DNA of 42,744 nt from Cocleimonas sp. (GTDB lineage Bacteria; Pseudomonadota; Gammaproteobacteria; Thiotrichales; Thiotrichaceae), in NCBI GenBank assembly GCA_023146675.1, contig JAGLBQ010000172.1, forward strand, positions 1 through 42,744. Reading direction: 5' to 3'. Each line of letters opens with the position of its first letter. Within the stretch, counting starts at the first letter, position 1. A model generated the notes under the pieces. The model had not been told where the DNA came from. It worked only from the letters and a program-made list of their open reading frames with translations, and searched no databases. Position numbers and translations under genes: made by a program. Below are positions 1 through 8,775 of the stretch, in pieces.

Positions 1-70
1 GTTCCTTAAGTTTAGTGTTGATTGATATATATCATCGTGAAAGTTCACCTTAATTCGTTAAAATTTAACG

Positions 71-940
71 ATGGAATTAACACTTTTTATTAAAATAGGA
101 CTGCCTGTTTCACTAGGCTTCATTATGCTTAGCATGGGGCTGATGCTTAAACTATCTGACTTTAAGCAGGTACTGAGGTATCCCAAAGCTTTTCTTGTAG
201 GGCTTTCGGCGCAAATGCTCTTAGTGCCTTTGTTGGCACTGTTCTTATTGCAATTTTTTGATTTGCCGCCCCTACTTGCTGTTGGCTTGCTGGTGCTTAG
301 TTTTAGCCCTGGCGGAACGACTAGCAATCTTTTTTCCTATCTTGCGAAGGGCGATGTTGCGCTTTCTATTGCACTGACCGCCTGTGCCAGTTTGATTACT
401 CCATTTACCCTTCCTTTTTTGACGGAACTGGCTTTGCAGTTTTTCATGGGTGAAAATAAGGATATTGTGATTCCAATAGGCTTGACCATGAAGCGCTTGC
501 TTATTGTCACTGTTGTCCCTGTTCTCATCGGCATGAGTATTAAACTGTTAAAACCAGTATGGGCAGAGGCGATTCAACCTGTAATTCATAAACTATCCAT
601 TCTCCTATTTTTCACCGTTATTTTTTCAATGATTATTAGCCAGTGGGAGCAAATGCCCCGTTTCCTTGAGCAAGTCGGCGTGATCACAACCCTGATGATT
701 ATCCTCGCAATGCTGTCTGGTTATGTACTGGCAAAAAGTACAGGTTTAACCGCAAAGCAGGTTAAAACCATGACCATAGAAGTCGGAATGCAAAACGGAG
801 GGATGGCATTAATTGTTACTCAAGGCGTATTAGATAATCCGACCATGTCGATTGTTCCTGTTATTTACGGGCTTATCATGTTGGTTCCTATCAGCTTTTA
901 TCTTTTTTTGGTCAGAAATGAAGCCTCTCGCGCACTATAA
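71..940 (+). CDS. Bile acid:Na+ symporter (BASS/SBF) family transporter
   Basis: 289-aa polytopic membrane ORF. It has the recognisable BASS core 'LSFSPGGTTSNLFSYLAKGDVALSI' and 'IEVGMQNGGMAL'. Confidence 0.8.
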   Translation: MELTLFIKIGLPVSLGFIMLSMGLMLKLSDFKQVLRYPKAFLVGLSAQMLLVPLLALFLLQFFDLPPLLAVGLLVLSFSPGGTTSNLFSYLAKGDVALSIALTACASLITPFTLPFLTELALQFFMGENKDIVIPIGLTMKRLLIVTVVPVLIGMSIKLLKPVWAEAIQPVIHKLSILLFFTVIFSMIISQWEQMPRFLEQVGVITTLMIILAMLSGYVLAKSTGLTAKQVKTMTIEVGMQNGGMALIVTQGVLDNPTMSIVPVIYGLIMLVPISFYLFLVRNEASRAL

Positions 941-1790
941 ATTCCTCAAATCATTGCGTCCTTTTTCTCTAGTGGTTGCGCTGATTTCATGTGGTTTAGG
1001 GGTTTTAATCGCATGGAATAATGGCTATCAACACGCATTTTTAGGCTTATGGATTATTATCGGTGGTGTATTAGCTCAAGCTGGAATCAACCTAATTAAT
1101 GATCTAGAAGACCTGTCACTAATACCATCATATCATCCAGACTATGCAATTATTAGCGGTATGATTCGTACTAATAGCAAGGCAGGACTGCTGTGTTTTG
1201 TACTGGCAGGATTGATTGCAAGCTATCTTATTATGCTTCAAGGTTGGATGCTATTTATGTTGATTCTACTCTCAGCCTTAGCGTCACTAAGCTACAATAT
1301 CGGCCCCTTTAATTTTAAACATCGCGGTCTGGCAATGGTGCAGGTGTTTATCTTAATGGGAGTCTTAATGATGCAGGGCGCTTATTTTTCCATGAGCGGG
1401 GCATTTTCTATAACCGTTTTATGGCATTCCATTCCTATTGGTTTGCTTATCTCCTTATTATTATTAAGCAATGAACTACGAGATTGGGAGACTGATCAAC
1501 AAAATGGTGTCAATACCCTAACCGTACGCATTGGCTATACAAAGGCAGTGCAACTCTATTGGGCGCTAATTATGATTAGCTATTTATTGGCAATTGGTTT
1601 TTTAATCAATGAATTGCAACTGGTTAATTCACCAGCATTTCAACTATTATGGCTTGCCCTTCCCTTGCCTCTATTAATTCCCATAAAAAAAATCATTAAT
1701 GCCAAGCAACGCATTCAATTAACACCAATGACGGGACGATTTTTCTTTTTATTTGGATGCGCTTATATGTTGGTTTTGGGTATTGAGTAA
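918..1790 (+). CDS. UbiA-family aromatic prenyltransferase, MenA-like
   Basis: Two Asp-rich motifs typical of UbiA/MenA: 'NLINDLEDL' and 'NELRDWETDQQNGVNTLTVRIG'. The protein is multi-TM. I prefer the ATG at 918 (MKPLAHYKF...) over the track start at 852, which would overlap the upstream gene by 89 nt. Even so, it overlaps the BASS gene by 23 nt. Confidence 0.7.
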   Translation: MKPLAHYKFLKSLRPFSLVVALISCGLGVLIAWNNGYQHAFLGLWIIIGGVLAQAGINLINDLEDLSLIPSYHPDYAIISGMIRTNSKAGLLCFVLAGLIASYLIMLQGWMLFMLILLSALASLSYNIGPFNFKHRGLAMVQVFILMGVLMMQGAYFSMSGAFSITVLWHSIPIGLLISLLLLSNELRDWETDQQNGVNTLTVRIGYTKAVQLYWALIMISYLLAIGFLINELQLVNSPAFQLLWLALPLPLLIPIKKIINAKQRIQLTPMTGRFFFLFGCAYMLVLGIE

Positions 1791-1816
1791 CGATAGAAAC
1801 AAAAAGGAGTCAAACC

Positions 1817-1906
1817 ATGTTTAAAATAAAACCAAAAAATATTGCTTTACATGCTTCACGCCTCAATGACGTTCATCTATTTTTCTCCATCATAGAATGG
1901 AATTAG
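1817..1906 (+). CDS. Possible 29-codon leader/upstream ORF (MFKIKPKNIALHASRLNDVHLFFSIIEWN)
   Basis: ATG at 1817 preceded by AAGGAG (1805-1810). Its stop codon TAG (1904-1906) overlaps the ATG (1897) of the next gene, which itself has no Shine-Dalgarno sequence. No homology recognised. Confidence 0.2.
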   Translation: MFKIKPKNIALHASRLNDVHLFFSIIEWN

Positions 1907-2598
1907 CCTTTCTCATTGGCTTACTGAGTGCCTTACACTGCTTTGGTATGTGTGGTGGTATTGTCGGCGCACTCACCATGAGTCTGCACCCTGATAAGCG
2001 TCAAGGCACAATAAGCTTATTACAATATACTCTAGCCTATAATTTGGGTCGGCTACTTAGCTATGTTCTGGCAGGACTTATCGTTGGCGTATTAGGACAA
2101 GCAATACTCAGTATTATTCCAGATGTTGGCGGTATGTTATTACGTCCGCTACTAATGATTTTTGTTATTTTACTCGGTTTTTATATTGGTGGGTGGCTTC
2201 CCCGATTATCACTGATTGAAAAATTGGGTCAACCAATTTGGCGTATACTACAGCCAATTGGCATAAAATATTTGCCTGTGCAAAAAGTTCATCATGCGTT
2301 TATGTTTGGATTAATCTGGGGCTGGCTGCCCTGTGGTTTGGTTTACTATGCACTGGTGATGGCATTTGCACAAAATGGCATGCTGGATTCCATTCTATTT
2401 ATGCTATTTTTTGGTCTAGGAACCTTATCACCAATGCTATTTGCAGGCGTGTTAGCAGGAAAACTAGTCGCTATACAAAAATCAACAAACATTCGCAAAT
2501 TTAATGCCTTAACCTTGATTTTAATTGGTGTAATCGGCTTGCTTATGTACCTACTTCCTGAACTGACCCAAGGTCTCTATTTTGGAACGTCACTATGA
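1897..2598 (+). CDS. DsbD_2 / TauE-SafE-like (UreH-like) integral membrane protein
   Basis: 233 aa with about 6 TM segments. N-terminal 'LHCFGMCGGIVGA' and 'WGWLPCGLVY' motifs are typical of the Pfam DsbD_2 (PF13386) family. Its stop overlaps the next start (ATGA at 2595-2598). Confidence 0.65.
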   Translation: MELAFLIGLLSALHCFGMCGGIVGALTMSLHPDKRQGTISLLQYTLAYNLGRLLSYVLAGLIVGVLGQAILSIIPDVGGMLLRPLLMIFVILLGFYIGGWLPRLSLIEKLGQPIWRILQPIGIKYLPVQKVHHAFMFGLIWGWLPCGLVYYALVMAFAQNGMLDSILFMLFFGLGTLSPMLFAGVLAGKLVAIQKSTNIRKFNALTLILIGVIGLLMYLLPELTQGLYFGTSL

Positions 2599-3539
2599 TA
2601 AAAAAAATAATAGGAAAATCCCCCGCAATACAAGAAAGCTTACGTACCGCAGAATTACTGGCAGCAACCGATGTTACTACCCTTATTTTAGGCGCAACAG
2701 GCACGGGGAAAAAGTTATTTGCTGAATTCATCCAACAACAAAGCCCACGCCAAAATAAGCCGTTTATCAAAATTAATTGTGCCGCAATGGCGGATGAACA
2801 ACTGGAATCCAGTTTATTTGGTTCTACTAGCACAAGCGACCCATGCACTACTAATAAACAGCGTGGATACCTTGCACAAGCCAATAACGGTACTTTATTT
2901 TTAGATAAAATCAGTGAACTCCCTTTAAATGCACAGGGGACACTTCTAGATTTTCTAAAAAATGGGGAATATCAAGCCCCTGATTCATTAAAATCAAAAC
3001 GCTTTAATGTGCGCATTATCGCTGCTAGTAGCAAAAATTTACTCAATGAAGTGGAAGCTGGAAATTTTCGCCAAGACCTATTTTACCATTTGAATATTGT
3101 TCCACTTGAACTTCCTGATTTAAAAGACTGCATTGGTGATACCTTATTATTAAGTGAGCTATTTTTTCAGAAGCTGGTTAAACGCTACAAACTCACCCCA
3201 CCAAACTTTAGCAACACAGCACAACATTATCTAAAAAACTATACATGGCCTGGTAATGTGCGTGAGTTGCACAACTTCTGTGAACGCATGCTGATCTTAT
3301 TTTCAGGTCAAACCATTGATGTCGGGAATTTGCCAATAGAAATACGCCAACAAAAAAAATCATCCCGCAAATTTCATTTTGACTTACCCGCGCAGGGGAT
3401 TAAATTAGAACAACTGGAAGTGGATTTATATCAACAGGCAATTCAAAGCAGTTATGGCAATAAAAGCGCTGCTGCGCGCCTACTAGGATTAAGCCGTGAT
3501 GCTTTTTTATATCGGCTGAGAAAGTACGGATTGCGATAA
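2595..3539 (+). CDS. Sigma54-activator-like AAA+ transcriptional regulator (degenerate; no sensory domain) with a Fis-type HTH
   Basis: Colinear with the NtrC/PspF central domain: Walker A 'GATGTGKK', 'ESSLFG', 'GTLFLD', 'VRIIAAS', 'WPGNVREL'. The C-terminal HTH is 'AAARLLGLSRDAFLYRLRKYGL'. The GAFTGA loop, the Walker-B Glu and a conserved Arg are substituted (see findings). Confidence 0.8.
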   Translation: MIKKIIGKSPAIQESLRTAELLAATDVTTLILGATGTGKKLFAEFIQQQSPRQNKPFIKINCAAMADEQLESSLFGSTSTSDPCTTNKQRGYLAQANNGTLFLDKISELPLNAQGTLLDFLKNGEYQAPDSLKSKRFNVRIIAASSKNLLNEVEAGNFRQDLFYHLNIVPLELPDLKDCIGDTLLLSELFFQKLVKRYKLTPPNFSNTAQHYLKNYTWPGNVRELHNFCERMLILFSGQTIDVGNLPIEIRQQKKSSRKFHFDLPAQGIKLEQLEVDLYQQAIQSSYGNKSAAARLLGLSRDAFLYRLRKYGLR

Positions 3540-3778
3540 GGAAAGTCCTGATTTTAATAAATTCTGTTGATATGGAGGAGCTTGCTATAACCTACGAAAG
3601 TGCTGCTTTAGTTCGGTCAAAAGAAAGATCACAGAGTAGGAAGCAAAAAAGTGCCGAGTAAACTCTCATGGGGGATTGATGTTTTGAATGGGTTTAGAAT
3701 AGTATAAGCGCTTATATTTCTTCTCACAGAGTCCTGCATCTGAAAAAGCAGGGAGCTTAGTCAAATGGATAATAAAAA

Positions 3779-4258
3779 ATGGCAGAATTAACACATTTCA
3801 ATGCACAGGGTGAAGTACATATGGTGGATGTCGGTGCAAAGGATATTACCCATCGAGTAGCTGTTACGGAAGGGCGTATTTTGATGCAAGATGAAACGTT
3901 GCAGCACATATTGGCAGGCACCAATAAAAAAGGAGATGTATTAGGTATTGCACGGATTGCAGGCATTATGGCATCTAAAAAAACTGCTGATTTGATTCCT
4001 CTTTGCCATCCGTTAGCATTAACTAAAGTAGAAATAGAGCTGACAATCGAACAAAATCCCGCAGCGGTATATTGCAAAACAACCGTTGAAACCAGTGGAC
4101 AAACGGGTGTGGAAATGGAGGCATTAACCGCAACCCAAATCGCTTTGCTAACAGTTTATGATATGTGCAAAGCAGTTGATCGCGGCATGGAGGTCAGTAA
4201 TGTGCGTTTGCTTAAAAAGAGCGGTGGAAAGTCGGGAGATTGGACAATAAATACATAA
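3779..4258 (+). CDS. moaC: Cyclic pyranopterin monophosphate synthase MoaC
   Basis: 159 aa. '[23 protein letters not shown]', '[26 protein letters not shown]' and 'GVEMEALTA...[11 protein letters not shown]' are classic MoaC motifs. Confidence 0.93.
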   Translation: MAELTHFNAQGEVHMVDVGAKDITHRVAVTEGRILMQDETLQHILAGTNKKGDVLGIARIAGIMASKKTADLIPLCHPLALTKVEIELTIEQNPAAVYCKTTVETSGQTGVEMEALTATQIALLTVYDMCKAVDRGMEVSNVRLLKKSGGKSGDWTINT

Positions 4259-4295
4259 GACTACAAGGTTTTTTTCCTGTCCTATGTATCATATT

Positions 4296-5198
4296 TTAAT
4301 CTACTCGCCCTGTGTCTTTGATAGATCTAAAAGATTCAACAACGCACTCTATCAACGCTTGTACAAGTGGATCACGCTTTCTATTCTTCAGATAAGCAAA
4401 ATTTAAAGGCAAGGTAAATGATTCACCCTGCCAAATTGTTATTAATCCTTCGTCAGCCCAAGGTTGTGCTTCATCTTGGCGTATTAATGCTATTCCTACG
4501 CCTGAGCGCAAGAGTGTATTCATTGATCTTTCTGATGATGCATCTGCTACCCATATTGGTTTTATAGAGAAGTCTTGGAATAAGCTGTTAACAAATTTCT
4601 GATATGGACAAGATGGAATGGGATAGATCCAAGGGAGTTTTGCAAGATCAGCAACGCTAGCATCTGCAAGTTCTAGAGCCAGTTTGTTTGCACCTGCTAC
4701 CACGATGGTAGTATCAGTTAAATGAATACTTTCCAGTTCTTTTAGCGGATTTTCTCCAAAATAAAATGAGCCATCCAACGACCCTCTGCGGATTTCATGT
4801 AATAACTCTATAGAAATTCCTTCTGCTAGCTGGATTTTTAACTGTGGAGATTTTGCAGTCAGTAACTGATGTAATGTAGATAATCGTAAAAATTCAGCAT
4901 CGGTATTCAACCCAATCTTCACTGTGCCAGCAAGTTTGCCAGATAAGGTGCTAGCTTCTATACGGAGTTCATTGGTTGTATCCAATACTTGATGGGCTTT
5001 TTTAATTAACACTTTGCCATGCTCTGTTAAGCGCATTCCCTTTGGTATACGATCAAATAACTTAACATTTAGCTCTTGTTCTAACGCTTTGATATGCGCG
5101 CTAATGGCGGGTTGGCTGGTATAAAGCTGCTCAGCTGCATGGGTAAGATTGCCGACATCAGCAACAGTGACAAAGGTGCGAAGTTGATAGAGTTCCAT
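4296..5198 (-). CDS. LysR-family transcriptional regulator
   Basis: The N-terminal wHTH 'MELYQLRTFVTVADVGNLTHAAEQLYTSQPAISAHIKALEQELNVKLFDR' is followed by a 200-aa LysR substrate-binding-like domain. Confidence 0.9.
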   Translation of the reverse strand: MELYQLRTFVTVADVGNLTHAAEQLYTSQPAISAHIKALEQELNVKLFDRIPKGMRLTEHGKVLIKKAHQVLDTTNELRIEASTLSGKLAGTVKIGLNTDAEFLRLSTLHQLLTAKSPQLKIQLAEGISIELLHEIRRGSLDGSFYFGENPLKELESIHLTDTTIVVAGANKLALELADASVADLAKLPWIYPIPSCPYQKFVNSLFQDFSIKPIWVADASSERSMNTLLRSGVGIALIRQDEAQPWADEGLITIWQGESFTLPLNFAYLKNRKRDPLVQALIECVVESFRSIKDTGRVD

Positions 5199-5437
5199 GC
5201 GTATCGTCCATAATAATAAATTATAAGGGTTATCACGTTATCACGAGGGGTGTATTCACAAAATATACAGCTTGCTATCGCGGTTAGAGTACAGTGCTTT
5301 TTACACTGCCTAGCAATAACTATAAACTGTAATCGGAATTTCTGATAGCTACCTTCTGTTTAAACGATTAGATAGTTTTCCTGTTTAGAGGCTTAATAAA
5401 GACCTCGAAATATTAAGTCAAACAGGAGGTGGTTATT

Positions 5438-5680
5438 ATGTCTGGTGTCTATGTAGAAGCAAAACTTGGTCAGCATTTTGATGTATGTGAAGATGTTGTA
5501 TTAAATAAAAAAATAACCGATTCATCTTCAAAGGAAAACTTATTTTCTAGAGTAGATGTCTGGATTCAGCGCTCTCGGCAAAGAAAACAATTAGCTCAGT
5601 TGAGTCAGCATTTATTGAATGATATAGGGCTTACTGAGGAGATGGTAGCAAAAGAAATTGCTAAACCATTTTGGAAATAG
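5438..5680 (+). CDS. DUF1127-domain small protein
   Basis: The C-terminal 'RSRQRKQLAQLSQHLLNDIGLTEEMV' matches the DUF1127 signature (R-rich, L..L.D..L.DIGL). The ATG at 5438 lies 8 nt after AGGAGG (5424-5429). The track start at 5429 is a GTG inside the SD. Confidence 0.65.
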   Translation: MSGVYVEAKLGQHFDVCEDVVLNKKITDSSSKENLFSRVDVWIQRSRQRKQLAQLSQHLLNDIGLTEEMVAKEIAKPFWK

Positions 5681-5818
5681 TTTTTTAGAGGGGTGGGTAA
5701 AAGTGGGGGATTAATCACCAAATAGATGAATGGTTGCTTAATCCTAATAAAATGTACTTGCAAAACTCACTGGAAAACAGTCAAATAGGAGAATCAGACA
5801 CATCAAGGAGATTCCCTT

Positions 5819-6445
5819 ATGATTAAATTTTTACTAGGATTTTTTAGTTTTGGATGGCTAAAAGGTCTTGATTTTCTACCCCCCCTTTTATTGCGCATTT
5901 TTCTAGCCCCCTTGTTATGGGTTTCTGGGAGTAAGAAACTCGGTCTTTTTGCGGGGAGTGATATCGTTGCCTACAATCCAATGACTTGGTTTGACTCTGC
6001 GGGATATCAAGCAGGCGTTGAGGCATTGAGTACAACACCAATGCCATTACCAGAAATTATGAATGGTGTAATCGGTGGTGTTGAAGTCGCTGCTGCTTTC
6101 TTACTAGCAATTGGTCTTGCAGTGCGCTGGATATCATTACCATTATTAGTATTAATGGGTTTTGCGGTTTTATTAGCGCTAGGTGGCGATGATATTTTAA
6201 CGGCTGGCAAAAATATGCTGATGACACATGGCTATACCGATGCAACAGTGGATCAATTAACCTTGGCAGTGATGTATTTCATTATGATCTTATCGTTGTT
6301 CTTTATGGGTGCTGGGCGTTTTCTTAGTATTGACTGGTTTTTATACCGCAAACTTCAGCGTAGCATTGATGCAACTGTAACACCCCCATCCTATAAGAAT
6401 GATCCTTTTAATTTAGATGCCACAACGGATAATAATAAAATCTAA
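5819..6445 (+). CDS. DoxX-like integral membrane protein (putative)
   Basis: 208 aa with 4-5 TM segments. The N-terminal 'LLLRIFLAPLLWVSGSKKL' resembles the DoxX family motif. The assignment is tentative. Confidence 0.45.
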   Translation: MIKFLLGFFSFGWLKGLDFLPPLLLRIFLAPLLWVSGSKKLGLFAGSDIVAYNPMTWFDSAGYQAGVEALSTTPMPLPEIMNGVIGGVEVAAAFLLAIGLAVRWISLPLLVLMGFAVLLALGGDDILTAGKNMLMTHGYTDATVDQLTLAVMYFIMILSLFFMGAGRFLSIDWFLYRKLQRSIDATVTPPSYKNDPFNLDATTDNNKI

Positions 6446-6480
6446 ACAAGGAGCTTCTAAAGACTTGGGTTAGCTATATT

Positions 6481-6508
6481 AAACGGATGCTTTTTAGCAT
6501 CCGTTTTT
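6481..6508. terminator. Bidirectional rho-independent terminator between convergent genes
   Basis: Perfect 10-bp stem aaacggatgc (6481-6490) / gcatccgttt (6497-6506) with a 6-nt loop. It is flanked by A and T runs. Confidence 0.8.
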
Positions 6509-6517
6509 ATGTATTAA

Positions 6518-7090
6518 TTACTCAGGTAATCGGGTACGCCGTAATAAAACATAAACAGCACCTGTACCACCATCTTTGGGTTGTGCAGAGTGAAATGCAA
6601 GAACGCGGGGATGCTGTTTTAACCAGTGATTTGTTTGCCTTTTAATAACAGGTTCTTTGTCACCTGAGCGATGTCCTTTACCGTGGATAATACTAACGCA
6701 GCTACCTTCAACTTGAAGAGCAATTTCTAGGAAATGTAAGAGTAATTTTTTTGCCTGATTGATATTCAATCCATGTAAATCAAGCTCATCTATAATAATA
6801 TATTGCCCTCTACGCAATTTTTTAAACACTCTTTTTTGAATCCCGTCTATTCTGTAGCTGAGATTATCAAGTGGATTGATACTTTGCACCTCAGCCTCAT
6901 CTGATAAAAAATCAATAATAGATTCTTCACCCTCGATAGAAAATATTTTTTTTTGTTTAGCAACCTTTTTAGTTTGATGATGAACTTTATCCTGTTTAAT
7001 CTGTGTTATATCTTGAACTGCATCACGAAATAGCTGAAAGTCATCGTCATAATCAGGAGTCGCTGCTTTTTTGAATTGTTTTTTTTGCAT
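6518..7090 (-). CDS. Smr (small MutS-related) domain protein
   Basis: The C-terminal Smr domain reads 'LDLHGLNINQAKKLLLHFL...SIIHGKGHRSG...PVIKRQTNHWLKQHPRVLAFHSA.P.DGGTGAVYVLLRR'. Confidence 0.85.
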   Translation of the reverse strand: MQKKQFKKAATPDYDDDFQLFRDAVQDITQIKQDKVHHQTKKVAKQKKIFSIEGEESIIDFLSDEAEVQSINPLDNLSYRIDGIQKRVFKKLRRGQYIIIDELDLHGLNINQAKKLLLHFLEIALQVEGSCVSIIHGKGHRSGDKEPVIKRQTNHWLKQHPRVLAFHSAQPKDGGTGAVYVLLRRTRLPE

Positions 7091-7286
7091 CGTTTCATGA
7101 TTCCAAAGATTGCTATGAGTGATTTCTATTCACTATGTAGTATAAAAAGAGTAATGCATTCTATTTTGTTCAAGAGCAAAGCGGAAGCGCGGAGTTTATA
7201 AGCATAGATGGGTACTTTCAATGCTGATATTGAGCAAATAGAGAGCAGAAAGAGTGGTTGATAAAAATAATGAGTAAAATAATCGA

Positions 7287-8033
7287 ATGAATATTTTATT
7301 AAGTAATGATGATGGCTTTATTGCACCTGGCTTAAAAGCCTTACATCAACGCCTCATCCAGCAATTTGAGGTAATGGTTGTAGCGCCAGACAGGGATAGA
7401 AGTGGAGCAAGTAACTCCCTGACATTGGCGTCACCATTACGCCTAACACAGCAGGATAAGAATTATTTCAGTGTCAATGGTACACCAACAGATTGTGTTC
7501 ATCTTGCGTTAACTGGATTGTATGATAATCCGCCCGATCTTGTTATCTCGGGAATTAATGCAGGCGCAAATATGGGGGATGATGTTATTTACTCAGGAAC
7601 CGTTGCTGCTGCAATGGAAGGACGAAACCTAGGGCTCCCCGCTATTGCGGTCTCCATTGCATCGTTTCAGCCACAGCATTTTGCAACGGCTGTTGAGGCA
7701 ATAGTGGTATTATTGAGACAGTTATCAGGTTTTAACGAAAAATCTGATACTATACTCAACATCAATGTACCTGATATTCCTTGGAATGAGATTAAAGGTT
7801 TTCAAGCCACTCGACTGGGAAAACGGCATAAAGCAGAACCTGTTGTTAAAAGTAAAGATCCACGAGGCAATGTGATTTATTGGGTTGGTGCTCCTGGTAA
7901 AGAACAAGATGCAGGGGAAGGAACTGATTTTCACGCCGTAGATCAAGGTTATATTTCAGTAACCCCCTTGCAAATAGACCTAACACGCCATCAGGTAATT
8001 AACTCAACAACAACGTGGTTGAATACTATTTAA
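7287..8033 (+). CDS. surE: 5'/3'-nucleotidase SurE
   Basis: '[14 protein letters not shown]', '[15 protein letters not shown]' and '[25 protein letters not shown]' are canonical SurE motifs. Confidence 0.95.
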   Translation: MNILLSNDDGFIAPGLKALHQRLIQQFEVMVVAPDRDRSGASNSLTLASPLRLTQQDKNYFSVNGTPTDCVHLALTGLYDNPPDLVISGINAGANMGDDVIYSGTVAAAMEGRNLGLPAIAVSIASFQPQHFATAVEAIVVLLRQLSGFNEKSDTILNINVPDIPWNEIKGFQATRLGKRHKAEPVVKSKDPRGNVIYWVGAPGKEQDAGEGTDFHAVDQGYISVTPLQIDLTRHQVINSTTTWLNTI

Positions 8034-8058
8034 GTTCACGTCGAGCAAACAACTAAGC

Positions 8059-8742
8059 ATGGAAAAATTAGATATAAAAGGCATTGGAATGACATCCCAA
8101 CGCACGCGGAATCGTTTGATTGATAGAATTGAGCATTTAGGTATAAAAAATGAGGATGTGTTACGCGTCATGCGTTTAATTCCACGTCATTTATTTATGG
8201 ATGCGGCACTATCAAGTCGTTCCTATGAAAATACTGCCTTACCGATTGGACATGGACAAACAATCTCACAACCTTACATTGTCGCGCGGATGACAGAACT
8301 CTTGCTTGAAGGTCATTCTGATAATGACAATAGGTTAGAAAATGTATTAGAGGTTGGAACAGGCTCAGGTTATCAAGCGGCGGTGTTAGGTGGCTTGGTA
8401 AAACAGTTGCATACAGTGGAGCGCATCTTACCACTGTACCGTAACTCACGTGATTTACTATACGATATCGGTTATAGAAATATTCATGTACACCATGCTG
8501 ATGGTACATGGGGATGGCAAAAAAAAGCACCTTATGATGCTGTGATGGTGACCGCTGCACCTGATGAAATTCCTGATTCTTTAATCGAACAATTAAAAAT
8601 AGGTGGGAGAATGATCATTCCTGTGGGTGAAAATAATGGCAAGCAAATTTTACAGTTAGTCATTCGCACCTCAGAAAATGAGCATACCGTTGAAAATCAC
8701 GAATCAGTACTTTTTGTACCTTTTTTGCAACAAGACTCCTAA
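8059..8742 (+). CDS. pcm: Protein-L-isoaspartate O-methyltransferase
   Basis: 'GIGMTSQRTRNRLI', 'GQTISQPYIVARMTELL', SAM motif 'VLEVGTGSGYQAAVL' and 'GGRMIIPVG'. The start could alternatively be the Met at 8089. Confidence 0.93.
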   Translation: MEKLDIKGIGMTSQRTRNRLIDRIEHLGIKNEDVLRVMRLIPRHLFMDAALSSRSYENTALPIGHGQTISQPYIVARMTELLLEGHSDNDNRLENVLEVGTGSGYQAAVLGGLVKQLHTVERILPLYRNSRDLLYDIGYRNIHVHHADGTWGWQKKAPYDAVMVTAAPDEIPDSLIEQLKIGGRMIIPVGENNGKQILQLVIRTSENEHTVENHESVLFVPFLQQDS

Positions 8743-8775
8743 TTAAATTCAATAAAAATCATAAAGTCCTTTAAA

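Noticed and set aside
852-917. Upstream extension of the UbiA-family ORF (track start 852)
   Set aside because: It would overlap the BASS gene by 89 nt. The extension is just the BASS C-terminal TM region read out of frame. The ATG at 918 gives a normal N-terminus.
2238-2904. Track ORFs 2238-2504 (+), 2543-2884 (-) and 2719-2904 (+)
   Set aside because: They are embedded in or antisense to the well-supported DsbD_2-like and AAA+ regulator genes. They have no SD and no recognisable motifs, so they are alternate-frame artefacts.
3540-3778. Moco (molybdenum cofactor) riboswitch upstream of moaC
   Set aside because: It is expected by context, but I could not find the conserved core as I remember it (CCUCCGAG... 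AAAGG ... CCCGCC). Only a loose 'GCCGAG' at about 3653 is present. This needs an Infernal scan, so I do not call it.
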